In this document: piece after piece, positions 39,249-51,476 of the stretch | Position numbering within the stretch: the stretch's first letter is position 1 | How the letters are laid out: the number at the start of each line of letters is the position of its first letter | NCBI GenBank assembly: GCA_963771175.1 | Contig: CAVYSY010000010.1 | Coordinates: forward strand, 64,001-128,000 | DNA from: an uncultured delta proteobacterium | GTDB lineage: Bacteria > Myxococcota > Myxococcia > Myxococcales > Myxococcaceae | Direction of reading: 5' to 3' | Length of the DNA: 64,000 bases | The notes under the pieces: generated by a model | What the model saw: the letters and a program-made list of their open reading frames with translations, nothing else | Told to the model about the DNA's origin: nothing | The model's database searches: none | Made by a program: the position numbers and the translations under genes

Positions 39249-39902
39249 TCAGCAGCGCCGCTCCACGTCCCACCAGCCGAAGTGCATCGTCGCCTGCTCG
39301 GAGAATTGCACCCAGCCCGGTGCGTGGGCGTAGCCACGGGGGAGGAGGTTCGCGGCCTCGAGCGCCCGCGCCGTCTCCTCGAAGGACCAGAAGTACAGCG
39401 TCACCTCCGGGCCCGCCGTCTGGATCCGCCGCCGCGCCTCCTCGTGCCCGGCCAGACCCGGGCGACGCTCGAGCACCGTGAACAGCAGGCGCCCTCCGGG
39501 TTTCAAGGACTCGGACAGGTGGCGCAACGTCCGGGGCAGCTCATCGCAGAAGTCCAGGCACCCCACCGCCAAGGCCACGTCGAAGCGGCCGAGTTCCTCG
39601 GGCACGGGATCGCGGTAGCTGTATACGCGGTACTCGCCCGAGGGTCGGCCCCTCCGGGCCTGTTCGAGCATCTCGGGGGAGAGGTCCAGGCCCACGACCT
39701 CCACGGTCGAGTCGAGCTCCCGCGTGAGCTGCCCCGGGCCACACCCCACGTCGAGCACCCGACGGCCCGGCGCCACCGCCTCCTCGAGGAACCGCTCCAC
39801 CCTCCCCTCGTACCGGTGCAGCGAGGGGAAGAACGCCTCGTAGACCCCGGCGATCTCCCCGTACACCTGCCGGACCCCCTCCTCCTGTTCATCAGGTGCC
39901 AT
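39249..39902 (-). CDS. Class I SAM-dependent methyltransferase
   Basis: VLDVGCGPG, GLDLSPEML, FDV, LKPGGRL. Confidence 0.85.
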   Translation of the reverse strand: MAPDEQEEGVRQVYGEIAGVYEAFFPSLHRYEGRVERFLEEAVAPGRRVLDVGCGPGQLTRELDSTVEVVGLDLSPEMLEQARRGRPSGEYRVYSYRDPVPEELGRFDVALAVGCLDFCDELPRTLRHLSESLKPGGRLLFTVLERRPGLAGHEEARRRIQTAGPEVTLYFWSFEETARALEAANLLPRGYAHAPGWVQFSEQATMHFGWWDVERRC

Positions 39903-40076
39903 CGTGCCCGGCACAGTACCTCGCGAGCACCCCTGGAGGTTGCGCGGAGGACGGGACCCCTATTCGTGCACTGTTGGTCAGGTGGCCGCGGCGACTGTCG
40001 TGAGGAGAACTCCCCCATTTGACGGGTTCACGCGGGGTGAAATACGCCACTGCCGCCCACCCAGGAGGGGGCTCTC

Positions 40077-40667
40077 ATGAAGCGTTCGATTCTGCTGTGC
40101 GTCACGGCCGTCGTGCTCACGGGCTCCGCGTGGGCGCAGGACAAGGAACAGAAGCCCGAGGCCACTGGAGCGCAGGCGCCCACGATGGACCTGTCGAAGG
40201 TAGGTCCGCCGGCGCGCAAACCCACCAACGAGAAGCAGACGAAGAAGGAGATCGAGGCGTTCTACAAGCGGATGGAGGAGATCGAAAGCAAGGGCGACTT
40301 CGAGGGGATGGTCGCGGCGCACGACTTCCCGATCTACATGGCGACCGACGACATGCAGGGCATGCCCCATGCGAAGGAGTTCAGCCGGGAGGAGTTCGTC
40401 GCGACGATGAAGCCCATGCACGAGCGCATGCCGAAGGACGTGAAGGTGACCCACAAGCCAACCATCACCGTGCTCTCGGACTCGCTGGCGAACGTGACCG
40501 ACAACTACACGGTCACCATGGGCAAGCAGAAGGTGAACGGCCGCAGTGCCGGTCTGCTCGTGAAGCGTGACGGCCAGTGGAAGTGGAAGGTGATGAGCGA
40601 GGCCGGCTGGGGCAACATGGCTCCCCAGGGCGTCGGCGGCTCGCAGATGCCTTCCGAGGGCGAGTAG
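40077..40667 (+). CDS. Secreted NTF2/DUF4440-like protein
   Basis: Signal peptide ending AWA; helix followed by beta meander ending LVKRDGQWKW; RBS AGGAGG. Confidence 0.6.
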   Translation: MKRSILLCVTAVVLTGSAWAQDKEQKPEATGAQAPTMDLSKVGPPARKPTNEKQTKKEIEAFYKRMEEIESKGDFEGMVAAHDFPIYMATDDMQGMPHAKEFSREEFVATMKPMHERMPKDVKVTHKPTITVLSDSLANVTDNYTVTMGKQKVNGRSAGLLVKRDGQWKWKVMSEAGWGNMAPQGVGGSQMPSEGE

Positions 40668-40733
40668 TAGCGGTCGTCAGGGGGACGAGGAGGCTTTCGA
40701 CAGTCGGAGCCTTGTCACGGATACTGCCGGCGA

Positions 40734-41771
40734 ATGCGCGTTCTCGGCCTCGTCGGCACCTTCGCTCTCTTCGTCCTCGGCACCGCGTGGCTCGTCCCCG
40801 CCGTCGTGCTCACAGGCGGCGGCCCCCAGGGGCCCTCCTGGTCGCGGTATGGCGTCGCCCTGCTCCTCGTGTCCACCGTGGGCCTCGCGTGGCGGCTCGG
40901 CTCTCGCGGGGTGGCGCTGGGCGTGCTCGCCGCGCTCTGCGCCGCCGTGTTCGTCTGGACGCGCACCGTCCAACCCTCGCTCACCCGGAACTGGGCGCCG
41001 GATCTCGTCCGCGCCGCCCGCGCCGAGGTGCAGGGCTCCCTCGTCACCCTCCACGACCTCCGGAACTTCCGCTACCGCAGCATCACCGACTGGGACGCGG
41101 CCTGGTACTCGGCCTCCTACGACACCCGCGACCTCGTCCGCGCCTGGTACATCGTCGAGCCCTTCTCCGGCTTCGAGGGCGCCGCCCACACCATGGTCAG
41201 CTTCGAGTTCTCCGGAGATCGCTTCGTCGTCTTCTCCGTGGAGATCCGCCGCGAGCTCGGGGAGACGTACTCGGTGCTCGGCGGCCTGTTCCGCCAGTAT
41301 GAGCTCATCTACGTCGTCGGCGACGAGCGCGACCTCGTCCAGCTCCGCAGCAACCACCGCCGCGATGACGTCTACCTCTACCCCGTCCGCGCCTCCCAGG
41401 AGCGCACCGTCGCCTTCTTCCTCGACATGGTGCAGCGGATGAACGCCCTCCACGAGCGCCCCGAGTTCTACAACTCGCTCACCAGCAACTGCACCACCAA
41501 CCTCGTGCGGCACCTCGAGAAGGTCAGCGAGAACAATGTCCCCTACGACCACCGCACCCTGCTCCCCGCCTACTCGGATGAGCTCGCCTTCGAGCTGGGG
41601 TTGATCGACACCGACGTGGGCCTCGTGGAGACGCGCGAGCGCCACCGCATCAATCCGCTCGCCCTCGCCGCCCAGGACCGCGATGACTTCTCGCTCGTCA
41701 TTCGCGGCCGAGCACCAGCGGCTCCGACACCGTCACGAACAGAGATCCCTGCTCGAGCAGCGGCCCCATGA
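40734..41771 (+). CDS. DUF4105 (Lnb N-terminal-like) membrane protein
   Basis: Three N-terminal TM segments; RNFRY, AHTMVSFEF, SVEIRRE, DERD, FYNSLTSNCTT. Confidence 0.75.
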   Translation: MRVLGLVGTFALFVLGTAWLVPAVVLTGGGPQGPSWSRYGVALLLVSTVGLAWRLGSRGVALGVLAALCAAVFVWTRTVQPSLTRNWAPDLVRAARAEVQGSLVTLHDLRNFRYRSITDWDAAWYSASYDTRDLVRAWYIVEPFSGFEGAAHTMVSFEFSGDRFVVFSVEIRRELGETYSVLGGLFRQYELIYVVGDERDLVQLRSNHRRDDVYLYPVRASQERTVAFFLDMVQRMNALHERPEFYNSLTSNCTTNLVRHLEKVSENNVPYDHRTLLPAYSDELAFELGLIDTDVGLVETRERHRINPLALAAQDRDDFSLVIRGRAPAAPTPSRTEIPARAAAP

Positions 41772-41955
41772 CGATCGATGCCCCCTCGCGTCCGTAGCAG
41801 GCGGAGTGGGTACGAGAAGCCGATGGCCTCCTTCCTCGATGCCTCCTTCGCGCATCGTGCATAGCTGTAAGTCTTCTGGGATCCGGGCCAGCCGACGCTG
41901 ACCCCGGAGCGTTGGGCAGCCAGGAGAGGGGCCTGCCTTCCAAGGAGGCGCTGCG

Positions 41956-44900
41956 ATGCTATGGACCCAGGAGGATCAGGCTGCTCCCGTTCTCTACCGC
42001 GGGCGCCGCTACATCGTCTTCCGGACCTCGGGTGGAGAGGGCCCCCCCAGGGTGGTGAAGACGGTCAGGCCCGGGCCTCTCGCCGCCAGCAGCGCCGCCA
42101 TGCTCCGCCACGAGCACGAGATGCTGCGCGAGCTGGACCTGCCAGGGGTGGTGAAGCCCATTGCCCTGGAGGAAGTGGCGGGCATCCCGGCGCTCGTCCT
42201 CGAGGACGCCGGGCCCCAGAATCTCCAGGAATGGCTCAAGCGAGAACCCCTGGGCATCGATGCCTTCCTGGCGTTGGCGCTTCAACTCGCGGAAATCGTC
42301 GAGGGCCTCCACCGCCAGCACGTCATCCACCGGGACATCAACCCCGCCAACTTCGTGGTGACGGACGACGGGCACCTGACGCTCGTCGACTTCGACATTT
42401 CCACGAAGGTGGCGGGCCTCAGCCAGGTCGCTGGCGTTCCCGGAAAGTTCCAGGGGACGCTGCCGTACATCGCCCCCGAGCAGACGGGGCGGATGAACCG
42501 GCTCGTCGACCACCGCGCCGATCTCTACTCCCTGGGCGCGACCTTCTACGAGCTGCTCACCGGCGCGCCCCCCTTCGTCTCAACCGACCCGGTCGAGCTG
42601 GTACACGCTCACCTGGCCAGGCCCCCCGTCGCCCCGGCCAGCATCAACCCGGCCGTCCCGGGGGTGCTCTCGGACATCGTGCTGAAGCTGCTCGCCAAGA
42701 TGCCGGAGGAGCGCTACCAGAGCGCCGAGGCCCTGCGGGCGGACCTGCAGGAGGCACAACGCCGCTGGCAGGACTCCGGAGCCATTGGAGCCTTCGAGCT
42801 CGGCCGGTACGACATCGCCCAGACGCTCGTCGTCCCGGACAAGCTCTACGGGCGGAAACCTGAGTGCGACGCGCTGACAGAGGCCCTGGAGCGCGTCCGA
42901 ACCGGCGCCAGCGAGCTGGTTCTCGTGGTGGGCCCGGCGGGAATCGGCAAATCGACGCTGGTGCACTCGGTGCGCCAACGGGTGGAGGTGGAGGGCAAGG
43001 GGCGCTTCATCTCCGGCAAGTTCGATCCGCTCCACGGCAACCTCCCCTATGCCCCCCTGGTGGAGGCCTTCCGGGGGCTGCTCCGGGAGCTGCTGTGCGA
43101 GCCGTCGGAGAGCCTGGAGGCGTGGCGGCGCTGGCTGCGGCAGGTGCTGGGCATCAATGCCCGTGTCATCGCGGACGTCATCCCCGAGCTGGAGCGCCTC
43201 ATCGGCGAGCAGCCCCCCGTGGCCGCGCTCGCGCCGGTGGAGTCCGAGAACCGCTTCCACCTGGCCTTCCAGTCCTTCGTCCAGGCCATGGCCCAAGGCG
43301 CCAACCCGCTGGTGCTCTTCCTGGACGACCTGCAGTGGGCGGATCCGGCCTCGCTCAAGCTCCTCCACAGCCTCGCCACGGCCCCGGAGATCCACTCCGT
43401 GCTGCTGGTGGGCACCTACCGCGGCGAGGAGGTCGGACCCGACCACCTCCTCTCGCGCACCCTCGCGAAGCTCCGGGCGGAGGGCGTGAAGGTCCGCTCC
43501 ATCGTTCCCGCCCCGCTGGACGAGGAGGCCCTCACGGAGCTCTGCGCCGACACCCTGCGCAGCTCCCCGGAGCGGGTGCGACCGCTGGCGGCCCTCGTGC
43601 ACCAGAAGACGGCGGGCAACCCCTTCTTCGTCGGCCGGTTCCTGCGCTTCCTCCACCAGTCCGGGCTGCTGAGCTTCGACGTCGAGCGCGGCGCGTGGGA
43701 GTGGGACCTCGCCAGGGTGGAGAAGGTGGGCGTCACCGAGAACGTGGTGGAGCTGATGCTGATGGCCATCCGCCGGCTGCCCGGAGCGCACCCAGCAGGT
43801 GCTGAAGGTGGCCGCCTGCTTCCGCGACCGGGTGGACCTCTGGCTCCTGTCCGCGCTGGTGGGGCAGCCGGTGGGCGCCACCGCCGGGGCCCTCTGGAGC
43901 GCCATCCGGGAGGGGCTGCTCGTCCCCGAGGGCAAGGGCCCCCGCTTCGCCCGCGCGGGCGCCCCCGCGGAGCAGATGGCGCAGGATGCCTCGTATCGCT
44001 TCGTGCACGACCGCGTGCGGCAGGCCGCCTCCTCACTGCTCTCCGAGGACCAGCGCAAGTGGTTCCACCTCCAGCTCGGACGACGCCTCGGGGAGGGCCT
44101 CTCCGAGGAGGAGTTCGACGAGCGTCTCTTCGAGGTGGTCGACCACCTCGACCTGGGCGCGGAGCTGGTGACGGACGGGGGCGAGCGGCTGCACCTGGCT
44201 GAGCTCAACCTCCGGGCCGGGCGCAAGGCCAAGGCGGCGTCGGCCTTCGGGTCGGCGCTGGCATACCTGAAGCTCGGGCTCGGGTTCCTCCCGGAAAAGG
44301 CGTGGGAGTCCCACTACGGGCTGTGGCTCCCGCTGCATCGGGAGGCGGCGGAGTGCGCGTACGTCACCGGCGACCACGTGCTGGCCGAGACCCTCATCCA
44401 GACCGCGCTGGTCCACGCCTCCTCACGTTTCCAGAAGGCGGACCTCTACAACATCCAGGTGCTCGCGTGCACCGCGCACCGCGCCTACCCGGAGGCCATC
44501 CGCTGGGGGCGTGAGGGGCTCCGGCTGTTCGGCGTGGAGTTGCCGGAGCGCGACGTGGAGGGCGCCGTCGCGGCCGAGCTCGCCGAGGTCGAGCACAACC
44601 GGCGGGGCCGCTCGATGGAGGAACTGCTCGCCGCGCCCCCCATGGAGGATCCCGACCAGCTCGCCTGCATGCGGCTGCTGGCGAGCCTCGGCTCGCCCGC
44701 CTTCTTCCATGATCAGTCGCTGTTCTCGTTCATCCGCATCCGGATGCTCAACCTCACACTGCGGCACGGCAACACGCCCGAGTCCACCCTGGCGTATGTG
44801 TCCTACGGGATGCTCCTCGAGGATGCGACGGGCGACTACGCGACGGGCCACGCCTTCGGGAGCCTGGGCCTGGAGCTCAGCAGGCGTTGCGGCGACGCGC

Positions 44901-47700
44901 GGTTGGAGAGCAGGGCCACGCACCCTGTTCGGGGGCTATGTCAACCCCTGGCGGGCGCCGCTGCGCTCCAACCTGCCGCTGTACCGCCGCGCCTTCACCG
45001 CCGGGCTCGAGACAGGGGAGTTCCAGTTCGCCTCCTACGCCTGCTCGCTCGGCACCGTGGGCACCCTGTTCTCGATGGGCGCCGAGCTCTCTCGCGTCCT
45101 CGCCGAGCTCGATGCCGGCATGGCCTTCGACCGGAAGGCGGGACAGTGGACCATGGCCGATACCCTCTCCGCCTATCGCCAGGCCATCCGCTGCCTCCAG
45201 GGGAAGACCCACAGCCGGGCCCGCTACGACGACAATGGGTTCGACGAGAAGGCGTACCTCGACTCCATCCGGAGCTACCCCTTCAACCGCTGCATCTACG
45301 AGGTGCTGCGCCTCCAGACCTCCTACCTGCTGGGCGACTTCCGGGATGCCCGGGAAATGTCCGCGGCGGCGGAGCCGCACCTCGAGTTCGTCCGGGGGCT
45401 CTACAGCGTGGCCGAGCACAATTTCTACACCTCGCTGACGCTGGCGGCGCTCTGCGATGGGGCCGACTCCTCGGAGAGGGCCGAGCTGCTGGCGCGGCTC
45501 GATGGCCAACCAGCACCAGCTCGGCCTGTGGGCGGAGAACTGTCCGGAGAACTTCCGCCACAAGCACCTGCTCGTCGCCGCCGAGCTCGCCCGGCTCAAC
45601 GGGCGCCAGCTGGAGGCCATGGAGCTCTACGAGCAGGCCATCGACGCCGCCCACCAGGAGGAGTTCCTCCAGGAGGAGGCGCTGGCCAACGAGCTGGCCA
45701 GCCGGTACTACCGCGCGCTCGGCCGCAAGCGCTTCGCCGACCTCTATCTGAGGGCCGCCATCGAGGGGTTTGCCCGATGGGGTGCGAAGGCCAAGGTGAC
45801 GGCACTCGAGGAGGAGTTCCCGGACCTCGGGGGCGCCGAGGCCTGGAGCTTGAGGAACCGGCCCGCCATCGCGCGCGACGAGGCCCTGGATTTTCTCGGC
45901 GTGCTCAAGGCCGCGGAGACGCTCTCCAGCGAAGTGTTCCTCGGTCGCCTGCTCGAGAAGCTCATGGGGGTGTGCCTCGAGGTGGGTGGCGCGCAGCGCG
46001 GCGCGCTCCTGCTCGAGGAGGAGGGCGCCCTGGTGGTGCGCGCCGTCGGCTCGGTGTCGGAGCCGGTGTCGATGGAGCGCACGCCGCTGGCGTCCTCCCA
46101 GCAGGTGCCTGGCACGATGGTCGATCACGCGTACCGGACGGGCAACGCCGTCGTCCTGGCCGACGCCGCCCACCAGGGATGGTTCGCCTCGGATGCGTAC
46201 GTGGTCGCGCACATGGTGAAGTCCGCGCTGGCGGTGCCCATCCGGCGGCAGGCCAAGGCGGTGGGCGTGCTGTATCTCGAGAACAATCTGGCCACCCGCG
46301 CCTTCACCCCCAAGCGGGTGCGGGTGCTGCAACTGTTGTCCTCGCAGATGGCCATCGCGCTGGAGAACAGCCTCCTCTTCGAGAAGTTGCAGGTGGAGGT
46401 GGAGGTGCGGCGGCGGGCCGAGGAGGTGGTGCGCTTCCTGGCCGAGTCGAGCATGGCCCTGGCCGAGTCGCTGGACTACCAGACGACGCTGGCCCGGGTG
46501 GCGCGCCTCGCCGTCCCCTCATTCGCCGACTGGTGCATGGTGGACGTGGTGGAGGAGGGAGGAAGGATTCGCCGGGTGGCGGCAGCCCACGCGAACCCGG
46601 AGAAGGAGGCCCTCCTCCACGAGCTCCAGGAGCATTACCCACCCGACTGGGAGTCTCCGCAGCCCTCGGCCCAGGTACTGCGGACGGGGCTCCCCCAGCT
46701 CCACCCCGAGATCTCCGATGCGGATATTCCGAGCACCTGCCGGGACGAGCGGCATTGCGAGCTCATCCGCGCGATCGGAACCCGGACGGCAATCATCGTG
46801 CCGCTCATCGCCCGCGAGAAGACGCTGGGAACCATCTCCTTGGGCTCGGGTGCGCCGGGGCGCCACTACGGGCCAGCGGAGTTCGCCCTGGCTCAGGAGC
46901 TGTCACGCCGGGCCGCCATCTCCATCGACAATGCGCGATTGTATGGGGAGGCCCAGGAGGCCATCCGCCAGCGGGACGAGTTCCTCACCATCGCCGCGCA
47001 CGAGCTCTACACGCCCATCACCGCGCTCAAGCTGGCGGTACAGGGAATGAGGAAGAACGCGGGCTCCCCCCTGTCCGATGCCGTGATGCGGATGACCCAG
47101 AACGTCGAGCGGCAGATGCAGCGGCTCAAGCGCCTCATCGACGAGCTGCTCGACGTCTCGCGTATCCATGCGGGGCGCCTCCACCTCCAGATGGAGGAGG
47201 TGGACCTCGCGTCGGTGGTCCAGGACGTGACCGAGCGATTCGGCGAGACACTCCAGCACGCGCACTGTCCGCTGTCGCTCCACGCCGAGGCACCGATCGT
47301 GGGCCAGTGGGACCATGTCCGCCTGGAGCAGGTCGTGACGAACCTGATCGCCAATGCCGCCAAGTTCGGTGCGGGCAAGCCGATTGAAATCACGGTGGAC
47401 GCGCAGGACGGCACCGCGAGGCTGGTGGTGAGAGACCATGGCATCGGCATCGCACCGGATCGCCTGCCGCACGTCTTCGGGCGGTTCGAGCGGGCCGTCT
47501 CCGTACGCGAGTACGGCGGCCTGGGACTGGGCCTCTACATCGTGCGCGAGATTGTCTCGGCACTCGGCGGCTCGGTGCGTGCGGAGAGCACGGTCGGAAT
47601 CGGGTCCACCTTCACGGTGGAGCTGCCGCGCGCCAGGCCCGCACCCTCCGAAAGCGGAGGCACGGGCGAGGAAGCCCGTCCCCCCGCCGCGCGCGCTTGA
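41956..47700 (+). CDS. Trifunctional Ser/Thr kinase - AAA ATPase - GAF - GAF - histidine kinase (three apparent frameshifts near 43790, 44920, 45495)
   Basis: HRDINPAN, DFD, GTLPYIAPEQTGRMNR, DLYSLG; Walker A GPAGIGKS; LDDLQWAD; GNPFF; GAF VLYLENN; H-box AHELYTP; NLIANAAKF, DHGIGI, GLGLGLYI. Confidence 0.92.
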
Positions 47701-47703
47701 CCC

Positions 47704-48777
47704 TCACTCGAACTCGAGCGCGCGCTGGAAGTCCGCCGGGTTGGTGGCCGCGCTCTGCGCCGTCTCCAAGGTGATGTGGCCCTCCTTGTAGAGCTGGCTC
47801 AGGTGCTGGTCGAAGGACTGCATGCCGAACATGTCTCGGCCCTTCTCGATGACGTCCTTGAGCTCGCTGGCCCGATCCTCGCGGATGTACTGCTCCACCG
47901 ACTTGGTCTGAACCATGATCTCCAGCGCCACCGTGCGCCCCTTGCCGTCCGCCTTCGGCAGCAGTCGCTGCGAGACGGTCGCCTTGAGGCTGTCCGCCAG
48001 GCGCATGCGCACCATCGTCTGCTCCTCGGCCGGGAACACCGAGACCAGGCGGTTGATCGTGCGCGAGGCATCCGTCGTGTGCACCGTCGAGAGCACCAGG
48101 TGGCCCGTCTCCGACGCCTTCATCGCGATGTCGATCGTCTCCGTGTCGCGCATCTCGCCCACCAGGATCACGTCCGGGTCCTGACGCAGCGCGGCACGCA
48201 GCGCGATCGCGAAGTTCTCCGTGTCCGGGCCGATCTCCCGCTGAGAGATGGAGGACTTGATGTTCTTGTAGATGAACTCGACCGGGTCCTCGATGGTGAG
48301 GATGTGCAGGTTCTCGGTGCGGTTGATGTGATCGATCATCGCCGCGAGCGTCGAGCTCTTGCCCGAGCCCGTCGCGCCCGTCACCAGCACCAGCCCGCGC
48401 TCGTTGCCGGCGATCGTCTTGAGGACCTGTGGCAGCCCCAGCCCGTCGATGGTGGGGATCTCGTCGGGGATGATGCGCAGGATGCACGCGAGCGTGCCCC
48501 GCTGCCGGTAGATGTTCACCCGGAAGCGCGCCACTCCCGGCAGGCCGTACGAGGTGTCGTACTCCTGCACGCTGTCGATCTGCGACTTCGTCAGCGGATC
48601 GCTGATGATGTGGAGGGCGACCTGCTTGGTATGATCCGGATGGAGCTTCTCCATCTTCAGCGGCCGGAGCACACCGTTGACCCGGTAGATGGGAGGATCG
48701 CCCGGCCGGAAATGGATGTCCGAGGCGCCGTTCTGCACGCCGACCGTGAGCAGCTTATTGAGCGTTGCCTGATCCAG
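47704..48777 (-). CDS. pilT: PilT/PilU-family type IV pilus retraction ATPase paralog
   Basis: GASDIH, RFRVNIY, GATGSGKS, TIEDPVE, LRQDPDVILVGEMRD, TVHT, GMQSFDQ; frame open up to CTG at 48777 behind GAGAGG. Confidence 0.88.
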   Translation of the reverse strand: MDQATLNKLLTVGVQNGASDIHFRPGDPPIYRVNGVLRPLKMEKLHPDHTKQVALHIISDPLTKSQIDSVQEYDTSYGLPGVARFRVNIYRQRGTLACILRIIPDEIPTIDGLGLPQVLKTIAGNERGLVLVTGATGSGKSSTLAAMIDHINRTENLHILTIEDPVEFIYKNIKSSISQREIGPDTENFAIALRAALRQDPDVILVGEMRDTETIDIAMKASETGHLVLSTVHTTDASRTINRLVSVFPAEEQTMVRMRLADSLKATVSQRLLPKADGKGRTVALEIMVQTKSVEQYIREDRASELKDVIEKGRDMFGMQSFDQHLSQLYKEGHITLETAQSAATNPADFQRALEFE

Positions 48778-48959
48778 GGGAATTACCTCTCTCGTCGGCC
48801 GCGGATTGTAGGCGAAAGCACCCCAGGACGGCCAAGAACCTGACCGGGACTCTTCATATCCCCTGCCCCGGGCTTCCCCCCGGATTTCGAAGGAAGGATG
48901 AGCGAGAGGCCCGGCGCCTGACTCCTGGACGGGGGGCGACCAGGCCTACGAGGCATGAC

Positions 48960-50403
48960 TCAGGTCCCCTGAGCCCGCTGGCGCAGCACCGTGCGCTCCA
49001 CCTTGCCCATGGCGTTGCGCGGCAGCGCCTCGAGGGCCAGGAAGCGCGCCGGCACCTTGAAGCCGGCCAGGGACTCGCGGCACCACGCCTCCAGGTCCTC
49101 CGGGAGCGGGGCTCCGCTGCGCGTCACCACGAAAGCCACCGGCACCTCGCCCCAGCGCGCGTCCGGCACGCCCGCCACCGCCACCTCCCGCACCGCCGGG
49201 TGCGAGGCCAGCACCGCCTCCAGCTCCGCCGGGTAGATGTTCTCCCCGCCCCGGAGGATCAGGTCCGTCCGCCGGGAGAGCACCGTGAGGCGGCCACTCG
49301 CGTCCAGCACCCCCACGTCCTTCGTCCGCAGCCAGCCGTCCGGGACGGCCTCGCGCGTGGCCTCGGGCCGGTTCAGGTAGCCCGCCATCACCGTGGGGCC
49401 TCGGACCTCGATGTCCCCTTCCCTCCCCGGGCCCAGCACCTCGCCCTCGGGGCCCACGATGCGCACCTCCAGACCCGGGAGTGCTCGGCCCGCCGTGCGT
49501 CCGTCCGCCTCGTCCGGGCGCTCGGTCGTCACCTGCGAGCAGGCCTCCGTCAGCCCGTAGGTCTGGAGCGACAGGATTCCCGCCGCCCTCGCCCTCGCCA
49601 GCAGCGGCGCGGGGACGGGTCCTCCGCCAATCAGCGCCAGCCGGAAGGTCGAGGGCACGGGGCGATCCTTCCGCGCGTCCAGCACGCGCTCCAGCGTCGT
49701 GGCCACGAAGCTCGCGTGGGTGACGCCCTCCTCGTCGATCGCCCGGTTGGTGTCGTCCACCTCGAAGCGCTCCCTCAGGACGAGGCAGCCTCCGTCGTAC
49801 GCGGTGCGGGTGAGCATCGCGTAGCCGCCCACATGGAAGAGCGGCAGCGTGCCCAGCCAGTACGGAGCCGGGTGCGCTCCCAGGTTCGCCTCGGAGCAGC
49901 GCGCCGAGGCCCGGAAGTTCCCCTCCGTCAGCACCGCCCCCTTGGGGCGCCCCGTCGTGCCCGACGTGAAGAGGATGACCCGGGGGGTCGCCGCCTCCAG
50001 GGGGGCACAATGTGTTGATGTCGTGGCCGCCGTGTCCGCGAAGGACTCCAGGGGCTCGGCGCCCGGGAGGCGCTCGGAGAGTGCTCCGAGGGCCAGCGGT
50101 GAGCTTCGGGGCCACGTCCTCGATGAGGGGCTGGAGCTCCGCCCGGGTGAACCTCGCGTTGAGGGGGGCCAGCACCGCACCCACCCGCCCGAGCGCGAAG
50201 AAGAGCTGTGCCACCGCCGCGTGGTTCGTCGCGAGCAGCGCCACCCGATCTCCCGCCTTCACGTCCCTCGCCCGGAGCGCGGCCACCCACCGGCCCACCT
50301 CGGCGTCCAGCTCTCGATACGTCCACCGCTGGCCCGCGAAGGTCAGCGCCGGTGCGTCCGGTCGCGTCTCCGCGCCGGTTCGGATGGGGCACGTCCACTG
50401 CAT
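48960..50403 (-). CDS. menE: O-succinylbenzoate-CoA ligase (frameshift near 50095)
   Basis: FTSGTTGRPKG, LPLFHVGG, YGLTE, GGENIYPAE, RNAMGK; position in the men operon. Confidence 0.9.
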
Positions 50404-51472
50404 CACTGCGCTCCCTGGCCCGGTGTCCTCGGGAGGCGGATGCGTCCTCGCACCGGGCGGAATGGATGGCTCTCGGGCTCGTTCCTGAAGAGGTGGCCCA
50501 CCCCCAGCCCCGACGCGTACCGCCCCGAGGGCAGCGCCGCCCCGAGGTGTGCCGCTCCCGCTCGGGCGACGACTCCGTCCAGCGAGCTCGTCACGTACGC
50601 GTCCAGGCCCTTCCTCGCCGCCTCTCGCGCCAGCGCCAGCGTCGGCAACAGGCCCCCCAGCACCATCGGCTTGAGCACCAGGATGCCCACCGTCGGGGTG
50701 TTGTCGAGGAGCGCGCGCACGGCCCCGGGCACGGACAAGCGACTCGTCCGCCGCCAGTGGGCAGGGGGCGCTCGTGCTCAGACGGCGGAGGGCCTCGGGG
50801 TCCTCGGCCGCTACGGGTTGCTCGCACAGCTCGAGGTGGAACCTGCCCAGCTCGTCCAGCGCGGGCCCGGCCTCCGACTCGGTCCACGCTCCGTTCGCGT
50901 CCACTCGCAGGCGCACGTCCGGGCCCACGGCCTCGCGTACCGCCGACAGTCGGGCCACGTCTTCCGCCACGGGGCGGCCAGCCACCTTGATCTTCAGCGT
51001 CTCGTACCCCTCGGCCACGGCCTGACGGGCTTCTTCCGCCAGGGCCTCCGGAGATGCGGCGCCGAGCAGTGCGTTGACCTGGACTTCCTCGCGCGCGTCG
51101 GTCGAGAGCAGGTGACTGAGGGGCAGACCTCGGCGCTGGGACAGGAGCTCCAGCAGGGCCTGCTCCACCGCGTGTCTCGCCGCGGGGTGCTCGGAGCGAA
51201 GCCCCAGGTGCTCGCTCAGGCCTTCCAGGGTCTCGGGGACCTCTCGGCCTCGCAAGGTCGACAGGTGCTCACGCAGGGCCTGCTCGCAGGCGCCCGGCGA
51301 CTCCGTGCCGAACTCCGGCAACGGCATCGCCTCGCCCTGCCCTGCTCCGCCCCGACTCGTCCCGCAAGCGCACCACGAAGCCCTCTCGCGCCGCGTAGGT
51401 GGCCCTCGCCGTCTTCAGCGGGCGCACGAACTCCAGGCGCAACGGGTGGAGACCCGCCTCCGTGATGCGCAT
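50403..51472 (-). CDS. menC: O-succinylbenzoate synthase (frameshifted)
   Basis: Enolase-superfamily motifs TLKIKV, RVDANGAW, CEQPV, AADES, VLKPMVLGG. Confidence 0.88.
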
Positions 51473-51476
51473 CACC

